Shown here piece after piece: positions 1 to 8,747 of a stretch of 8,747 nt of DNA. The stretch lies in the IMG/VR virus record IMGVR_UViG_2778261151_000014. One strand, written 5' to 3'. The stretch's first letter is position 1; each line of letters begins with the position of its first letter. The stretch comes from a virus. Taxonomy: Duplodnaviria > Heunggongvirae > Uroviricota > Caudoviricetes. The notes under the pieces were generated by a model, which was not told the origin of the DNA, searched no databases, and was given only the letters and a program-made list of their open reading frames with translations. The position numbers and the translations under genes were made by a program.

Positions 1-148
1 CATTGAGCGACATAATCTGAATCTGAGACAACATCTGGCAAGGCTGGGACGGAAGTCACTGTCGTTCTCAAAATCGGTGGAGCTGCATGACAAGGTCATC
101 GGGCATTATCTGAACATAAAACACTATCAGTAAGTTGGAGTCATTACC
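1..148 (+). mobile_element. IS1-family insertion sequence, right-hand end (partial; element continues beyond window start)
   Basis: Frame-2 translation of 2..133 ends ...[43 protein letters not shown], which matches the C-terminus of IS1 InsB as I recall it. Terminal sequence 126..148 (revcomp GGTAATGACTCCAACTTACTGAT) is an IS1-type inverted repeat and matches 8671..8693 at 20/23 positions. Several differences from the canonical IS1 I remember suggest an iso-IS1 variant. Confidence 0.8.
2..133 (+). CDS. insB: IS1 transposase InsB, C-terminal fragment (5' end outside window)
   Basis: Open frame from window edge to TAA at 131..133; translation ends ...[32 protein letters not shown]. Not in the ORF track because it is truncated by the window edge. 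Confidence 0.75.
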
Positions 149-181
149 TAACCTCGTAATTAAATTTTGTTTAAACGTTAA

Positions 182-2179
182 TTAAATGGTTTTTTTACGT
201 CTGTTCTGTTCCAGAATATCCAGCGAACGATTCAGATATTCATCACGTTCAGTTTCGTATTCATCATCACGCTCCTGATTCTTCACCCGTTCCGTGTTAC
301 CCACAGGCCGGAAAATACCAACAACCCGTGATTCTGGTGCTTCAGGTTCGGCTATCTGCGGCAGCAGCTCTGCCACTTCCAGTGCATCCATTTGTTTCTG
401 TGCCTTAATCGCTGCTTTCGTCGCAGATTTCAGTTGTTTCTGGCGGCGGCGATATTCACGGCCTGCCGCAGCATCATTAAACGCAACAGGTGCCAGACAT
501 TCCGCTTCACAGATAAACCGACCGTCCAGGGTGTAGCAATAAACCGTGCTGTGTAACTGTTGTGGATCAAATCTGACCACAACTTTTTTCACTCCGGCAT
601 TCATTAACGCCATGTTGTAATAAACGTTTTTCGCGCCTTTAAGGGAGCCGCCAACTTTAAGCGCAAACTCGCCTTTACGTGAAACGTTCACCGCCTCGGC
701 AGGCAGTAACAGCATCCGTTTTTGCTCTTCGGTAGGCTTACGCACAATCGTTCTGGCGTATTCATGCTCAAAAACGTCATCAAACGAAAGTTTGCCTCCG
801 CACATTTCTGTTTCACGGCCTGTTCTGGCATTGAACATCGCCACACCTTCGGCAAGGGTTTTCAGAAACAGCTCTGCATCAACAGCACGGTCGCCATAGT
901 TATCAGGTTTTGCCTGCGGATTTGGCCCCGTATATGCGCCAGCCAGTGCCGGATGCTTATCAACGTATTCCTCAAGCCCACCAACACCGAAAGCACGTTC
1001 AACAGGTTTTGCCTGGCCCCAGCCTTTACCGGCAACAACGCTTGTCCAGTGCATTTTCGCACCCATCAGTAAAAACAACCCCTTTGGATCGTCCTCTTTT
1101 ACCTTAAAGCGGTAGCGATTGGGCGCGCCTCCCGTCAGCCATTTATTCGCAGCACCACGGGTGTTATCAATGGTGATGTGAAAATCCTCCGGGATACCGT
1201 AGCGAGTCACAACATCCATGAACGAGAGGCGAATTGAATCAATGTTCTCGCTCACATCGCAGCGCCAGCCCAGAATTTTTCGGGTTTTCACATCCTGCCA
1301 GAACCATGTTTTCGGGCGGATCACATCACCGTTAAACCAGCGTACAAAGACGTTATGCAGATAACCGTCGCCGTTGATCCACTGCATGGCGTCCAGGTGT
1401 TCCACAGTTCGCTGCTGTGCCGGTATCAGATGCATCAGTGCATGTTCACCTTCACGACAGGCAACAACCATTGCCTCGTCCAGTTGCTGAATCCGGCGAA
1501 ATGCCGTGGCACGGGAGGGAATACTCCAGCCATGCTCGCGGGCTGCCAGTTCCAGACGCTCATAACATTTGCGGAAGGCGGGTTTTTCCGGTCGCAGATA
1601 ATCTGCAATCAGAAACTGCCAGGCATCCTCGTCAAATTCACTTTTGTGAACATTGCGACGAGATGCACCACGTCCATCAACAAGTGCAGCCGCCCAGTCA
1701 GGCTTCGCAAACTTCTGTACCTGGTAATACTTGTCCCGCAAAGTGGATGCGCTGACCTGATAATGTCCTGCAACGGTCGCAAAAGCCGTTTTTGTTGAAA
1801 TCCCCTGGTTCAGCATTTCGTCTGCAGCCTGAACCGCAGGCAACCATTTTTCAGCAAGTCTGCGCTGGGAATCGCTGGCGTTATCCCATTTGCTCCACAG
1901 TGCCTCACGATCGTAATCGTGCGCTTCCAGCGTGGGGCGGGCGATTTCAAAATACCCCTGGCTTGTTTCTATTTGCTCAGATTTTAATAACAACTCAGCA
2001 CGTGCTGCCGCTGGTAGAACTGATATATGAAATTCCAAAGCCTTTGAACCCGTACGCTTGCGACGTAGTTCTGGATGATTGGCTGCAAGCTTTTCAAGAT
2101 TGCGGCGAATACTCACCTCATGTTTAGGAAAGCATGACATTCCTACGCATTCTTGCGCTGTTACCCAATGGGTTAACAT
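182..2179 (-). CDS. A: Mu-family DDE transposase A (D108-type N-terminal domain)
   Basis: Track ORF 182..2209 starts at TTG. The in-frame ATG at 2177..2179 gives [11 protein letters not shown]..., which aligns with the Mu A start MELWVSPKEC and lies just after the ner stop (sequence ATGTTAA). From about residue 70 onward the protein is near-identical to Mu A as I recall it (..[37 protein letters not shown]..). Catalytic DDE contexts are intact ([23 protein letters not shown]) and the C-terminus is ...EQNRRKKTI. The first ~65 residues differ from Mu. Confidence 0.93.
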   Translation of the reverse strand: MLTHWVTAQECVGMSCFPKHEVSIRRNLEKLAANHPELRRKRTGSKALEFHISVLPAAARAELLLKSEQIETSQGYFEIARPTLEAHDYDREALWSKWDNASDSQRRLAEKWLPAVQAADEMLNQGISTKTAFATVAGHYQVSASTLRDKYYQVQKFAKPDWAAALVDGRGASRRNVHKSEFDEDAWQFLIADYLRPEKPAFRKCYERLELAAREHGWSIPSRATAFRRIQQLDEAMVVACREGEHALMHLIPAQQRTVEHLDAMQWINGDGYLHNVFVRWFNGDVIRPKTWFWQDVKTRKILGWRCDVSENIDSIRLSFMDVVTRYGIPEDFHITIDNTRGAANKWLTGGAPNRYRFKVKEDDPKGLFLLMGAKMHWTSVVAGKGWGQAKPVERAFGVGGLEEYVDKHPALAGAYTGPNPQAKPDNYGDRAVDAELFLKTLAEGVAMFNARTGRETEMCGGKLSFDDVFEHEYARTIVRKPTEEQKRMLLLPAEAVNVSRKGEFALKVGGSLKGAKNVYYNMALMNAGVKKVVVRFDPQQLHSTVYCYTLDGRFICEAECLAPVAFNDAAAGREYRRRQKQLKSATKAAIKAQKQMDALEVAELLPQIAEPEAPESRVVGIFRPVGNTERVKNQERDDEYETERDEYLNRSLDILEQNRRKKTI

Positions 2180-2400
2180 GATGTTTTCTCCATATACCGA
2201 GAAGGCCAAATCTGGGCTGGTTCCATATCCAAATATCTAGCAATGATTGCTTCGTATCGTGGTATATGGCAGCGAAATACGTTACGCATAGTGTCAGGCT
2301 TTAAGCCTGCCTCTCTGGATAATTGAGATAGTGTCTTCCCCTTCATACGAACAGCAGCCTTTATCTGCTCTGCGTGCCAGTCTTGGTTTTTTGCTGACAT
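2173..2400 (-). CDS. ner: Ner-family DNA-binding regulator of early transcription (Ner/Nlp family)
   Basis: 75-aa ORF with ATG at 2398..2400 and RBS AAGGA upstream. Shares motifs with Mu Ner ([18 protein letters not shown]) at roughly half identity. Sits immediately upstream of A on the same strand. Confidence 0.88.
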   Translation of the reverse strand: MSAKNQDWHAEQIKAAVRMKGKTLSQLSREAGLKPDTMRNVFRCHIPRYEAIIARYLDMEPAQIWPSRYMEKTSC

Positions 2401-2569
2401 TCTGCGATCCTTACTCTCTTAACGTTTTCGGTAACTGATACCAGCTACCGCTATCGGGAAAAACGATAGCGCAGAAAAATGCGCATTTCAAGAGCTATGC
2501 GCATTTTTATTTTAACCAATGCAAATCAAAGAATTCTGTAAAATTCTTTATATAACAGAGAGATTGAGC
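2401..2569. promoter_or_regulatory. Divergent early/repressor control region (operators, candidate Pe and Pc promoters)
   Basis: Intergenic region between divergent ner (-) and c (+). Contains perfect palindrome AAATGCGCATTT (2477..2488), further copies of GCGCATTT(TTAT) at 2497..2510 and 2603..2614, inverted repeat CGCTATCG-N7-CGATAGCG (2449..2471) and inverted repeat AAAGAATT-N6-AATTCTTT (2528..2549). Candidate Pe on minus strand: -35 TTGAAA (plus 2486..2491), 17-bp spacer, -10 TATCGT (plus 2463..2468). Promoter assignments are inference. Confidence 0.55.
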
Positions 2570-3178
2570 ATGACAGGTGAAAAAGAAAGCAAAAATACAG
2601 AGCGCATTTTTATGCCCTCGGAAATAATGCGTTTCAAGGAACGCCTTGAAGAGGCAATGAATGGAGAATCAAGCCGGGCGTTTGCAGCTAAGTGCGGACT
2701 TTCTGATGGGGTTATCAGAAACTACCTGTCTGGCAAGACATACCCGTCTTTAGATCGATTAGCACAAATAGCCTACGCAACAGGGCGTCCAATAGAGTGG
2801 TTTATCCAAAGTCAGAGCATGCCAATGGTTGAGCATAAAAATACTCAAGAGAATAAAAATCCTCAACCTGACCGCAGCACATTGAAAACTAAACTGATCG
2901 CAATTGTCGAATTGTTAGAGGACAAGGAACTGCATTCTGCGATTGAGTTGTTCAGAAAGAAAGGATTTGAAGCTCTTATGCCTGAGATTTTTTCTTCCGA
3001 TGATTCCATCCAGGCTGATTTGCAAGGTATTTCGCAGCAAACCTTACAAACAGCCAAAATGCTTGAATCATTACCAACAGATACTCGTAAAGAGATTTTG
3101 TCAAAGTATGGTATTTATGAACAGGAAGGTCTTGTAGCTCCTTCACAAGAACCACAAGATGTAAAAAAAGCCGTATAA
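2570..3178 (+). CDS. c: Mu-family immunity repressor c (heteroimmune, non-Mu DNA-binding region)
   Basis: Track ORF starts at ATG 2519, but ATG 2570 (MTGEKESKNTERIFMPSEIM) aligns with the Mu c start (MKSNFIEKNNTEKSIWCSPQEIM as recalled) and has a weak GAGAG upstream. C-terminal ~100 aa resemble Mu c (..KEILSKYGIYEQEGLVAPSQEPQDVKKAV). Central region (..SSRAFAAKCGLSDGVIRNYLSGKTYPSLDRLAQIAYATGRPIEWF..) looks like an HTH and differs from Mu c. Start is uncertain; ATG 2612 is another candidate. Confidence 0.85.
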   Translation: MTGEKESKNTERIFMPSEIMRFKERLEEAMNGESSRAFAAKCGLSDGVIRNYLSGKTYPSLDRLAQIAYATGRPIEWFIQSQSMPMVEHKNTQENKNPQPDRSTLKTKLIAIVELLEDKELHSAIELFRKKGFEALMPEIFSSDDSIQADLQGISQQTLQTAKMLESLPTDTRKEILSKYGIYEQEGLVAPSQEPQDVKKAV

Positions 3179-3344
3179 CAACCATGAACCAGCTAAAACA
3201 TACTTCACCTCACATAATCACACATGTAACATACCTAAACGGCATGAGCTGATTTGTGATATGAGTCATTTGGTTACAGCCTGGTTGTTATCGGTTTTGA
3301 ACGTTTTTTGAAGCTGTTATTGAAATGATTTGCAGTGTTTTTGT

Positions 3345-3750
<406 letters not shown>

Positions 3751-3751
3751 A

Positions 3752-3780
3752 GGTTTTGCCTGCGAATGCAGTAACAATCC
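3752..3780 (-). promoter_or_regulatory. bgl RAT (ribonucleic antiterminator) target of BglG
   Basis: Minus sense GGATTGTTACTGCATTCGCAGGCAAAACC, matching the bgl RAT sequence as I recall it and abutting the terminator 5' arm. Confidence 0.65.
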
Positions 3781-3827
3781 AGTCATTTATTAATGGTTTT
3801 TATAACGAACATCCAGGTTCGGAAATT

Positions 3828-3889
3828 AATTTAATTGCGTGCAGAGAAAATAGCAATGCGCTATTGATAAAAATATGACCATGCTCGCA
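3828..3889 (-). promoter_or_regulatory. bgl operon promoter with upstream CRP site
   Basis: Minus sense -35 TTGCTA (plus 3851..3856), 17-bp spacer, -10 TAAATT (plus 3828..3833), giving a predicted start near 3820 and a ~130-nt leader. CRP-like site TGCGA-N6-TCATA at plus 3874..3889, centred about 61 bp upstream of the predicted start (class I position). Confidence 0.5.
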
Positions 3890-3934
3890 GTTATTAACTT
3901 TGTGTAATTTTAGGAATTTATAAAGTTATATATA

Positions 3935-3967
3935 ACAAATCCCAATAATTAAGTTATTGGGATTTGT
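3935..3967 (-). terminator. phoU/pst operon terminator hairpin
   Basis: Perfect 14-bp inverted repeat ACAAATCCCAATAA / TTATTGGGATTTGT with 5-nt loop, 8 bp downstream of the phoU stop, followed on the minus strand by AT-rich sequence. No strong U-tract, so efficiency is uncertain. Confidence 0.6.
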
Positions 3968-3975
3968 CTGGTGAA

Positions 3976-4701
3976 TTATTTGTCGCTATCTTTCCCCGCC
4001 AGCAGTTTATCCAGCTCATCGCCACCGACGTGACGGAAATCCTGCCCCTTCACGTAGTAGAAGATAAACTCACAAATATTCTGGCAGCGGTCGCCAATAC
4101 GTTCGATAGAACGCGCGCAGAACAGCGCAGTAAGTACGCTCGGAATGGTACGCGAATCTTCCATCATGTAGGTCATCAGTTGACGAACAATACCTTCGTA
4201 TTCCTGATCGACTTTTTTATCTTCACGATAAATACGTACCGCTTCGTCAATGTCCATCCGCGCGAACGCGTCCAGCACGTCGTGCAGCATCTGGATGGTA
4301 TGACGGCCCAGCGACTCCAGACTTACCAGCAACGGCTGATGCTGCTGGGAGAATTTCTCCAGCGCAGTACGGCAGATTTTGTCCGCCACGTCGCCAATAC
4401 GCTCCAGCTCGGCAATGGTTTTACTGATCACCATAACCAGTCGCAGGTCGCTCGCCGTCGGCTGACGTTTGGCGATAATGCGCACGCAGGCTTCATCGAT
4501 CGCCACTTCCATCATGTTGACGTTCTTGTCGCCTTCGATCACGCGCTTCGCCAGATCGCTGTCCTGGTTATGCATCGCGGTGATTGCATCAGAAAGCTGC
4601 TGCTCCACCATGCCGCCCATGGTCATCACCTGCGTGCGGATACTTTCCAGTTCGGCGTTGAACTGGCCGGAAATATGTTTATTAAGATTGAGACTGTCCA
4701 T
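3976..4701 (-). CDS. phoU: PhoU, phosphate signalling/regulatory protein
   Basis: Translation from ATG 4699..4701 is [25 protein letters not shown]... (241 aa), matching E. coli PhoU. AGGAG RBS upstream. Track ORF began 6 codons earlier at a TTG. Confidence 0.97.
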   Translation of the reverse strand: MDSLNLNKHISGQFNAELESIRTQVMTMGGMVEQQLSDAITAMHNQDSDLAKRVIEGDKNVNMMEVAIDEACVRIIAKRQPTASDLRLVMVISKTIAELERIGDVADKICRTALEKFSQQHQPLLVSLESLGRHTIQMLHDVLDAFARMDIDEAVRIYREDKKVDQEYEGIVRQLMTYMMEDSRTIPSVLTALFCARSIERIGDRCQNICEFIFYYVKGQDFRHVGGDELDKLLAGKDSDK

Positions 4702-4715
4702 AACGCACTCCTGAA

Positions 4716-5575
<860 letters not shown>

Positions 5576-5579
5576 AGTG

Positions 5580-7432
<1,853 letters not shown>

Positions 7433-7444
7433 TTACTCTTCAGT

Positions 7445-7506
7445 TAAACGCGTTTACAAAGTCATTTTGTAATGCCGGATGCGGCGTAAAACACCGTACC
7501 CGGCCT
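7445..7506. repeat. pstS-pstC intergenic palindromes and REP-like element
   Basis: 12-bp palindrome TAAACGCGTTTA (7445..7456), hairpin TTACAAA-N5-TTTGTAA (7454..7472), and REP-like GCCGGATGCGGCGTAAAACACCGTACCCGGCC (7474..7505). Probably a transcript-stabilising or attenuating structure after pstS. Confidence 0.5.
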
Positions 7507-7515
7507 GGAGTTTTA

Positions 7516-8574
<1,059 letters not shown>

Positions 8575-8606
8575 TCATAAAGCATTGTTTGTTGGCTACG
8601 AGAAGC

Positions 8607-8662
8607 AAAATAGGACAAACAGGTGACAGTTATATGTAAGGAATATGACATTTTTATGACAG
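8607..8662 (-). promoter_or_regulatory. pstS promoter with tandem Pho boxes (PhoB binding sites)
   Basis: Minus sense CTGTCATAAAAATGTCAT (plus 8645..8662) and CTTACATATAACTGTCAC (plus 8623..8640): two 18-bp Pho boxes, each with 7-bp direct repeats. -10 TATTTT at plus 8607..8612. Confidence 0.85.
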
Positions 8663-8670
8663 AAAGGAAT

Positions 8671-8747
8671 GGTAATGCTGCCAACTTACTGATTTAGTGT
8701 ATGATGGTGATTTTAAGGTGCTTGCGTGGCTTCCATTTCCATCAGAT
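8671..8747 (+). mobile_element. IS1-family insertion sequence, left-hand end (partial; continues beyond window end)
   Basis: GGTAATGCTGCCAACTTACTGATTTAGTGTATGATGGTG... is an IS1 left inverted repeat and leader. A GTG at 8726 opens MASISIR..., like the InsA start. Same orientation as the IS1 end at 1..148. Confidence 0.8.

Noticed and set aside
155-168. Possible third rare-cutter site (SwaI, ATTTAAAT) in the A/IS1 joint
   Set aside because: The sequence is AATTAAATTTT and does not contain ATTTAAAT. Only the PacI and PmeI sites are real.
1-181. Search for a Mu B gene start on the minus strand downstream of A
   Set aside because: The only open minus-strand frames ([13 protein letters not shown]..., [11 protein letters not shown]...) are reverse frames of the IS1 insB region and do not resemble the B N-terminus (MNISDIRAGL... 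as recalled). No B is present in this window.
294-2127. Plus-strand ORFs inside the transposase gene (294..536, 722..1072, 910..1107, 1355..1798, 1417..1755, 1792..2127) and minus ORF 862..1062
   Set aside because: Embedded in or antisense to the A coding sequence, with no start context or recognisable product. Treated as chance frames.
2519-2569. Upstream extension of repressor c from ATG 2519 (track start)
   Set aside because: No ribosome-binding site, and the extension would cover the AAAGAATT-N6-AATTCTTT inverted repeat. The Mu c start aligns with ATG 2570. Not fully excluded.
2863-3185. Small ORFs 2863..3057(-), 2943..3137(+), 2976..3185(-)
   Set aside because: Nested in or antisense to the repressor gene. 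No support.

Overview
Enterobacterial (E. coli/Shigella-type) chromosomal window made of known parts in an unusual arrangement; I see no clearly undescribed system. Positions 3518..8670 are the high-affinity phosphate transport locus on the minus strand (pstS-pstC-pstA-pstB-phoU, with Pho boxes, REP elements and a phoU terminator), followed by the bgl promoter/leader (CRP site, RAT, terminator t1) and the first ~57 codons of bglG. bglG is interrupted at 3517/3518 by the left end (attL, sites L1-L3) of a Mu/D108-family transposable prophage whose early region lies in 182..3517: repressor c (+), ner and DDE transposase A (-), with a repeat-rich operator region between c and ner. The immunity region is not phage-Mu type (middle of c, ner and the first ~65 residues of A differ from Mu as I recall it), which fits a D108-like heteroimmune relative. 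The prophage stops abruptly: 33 bp after the A stop codon, with no B gene start, comes the right end of an IS1-family element (1..148). A second IS1-family end in the same orientation starts at 8671, 8 bp upstream of the pstS Pho boxes, so the whole 8.5-kb segment is bracketed by directly repeated IS1 copies. The 33-bp A/IS1 joint contains back-to-back PacI and PmeI recognition sequences, which could be chance in AT-rich DNA or a sign of engineering. All identifications rest on reading the translations and motifs by eye against remembered sequences; no database search was run. CDS coordinates include the stop codon. Several ORFs in the supplied track begin at TTG and I have moved those starts to in-frame ATGs.
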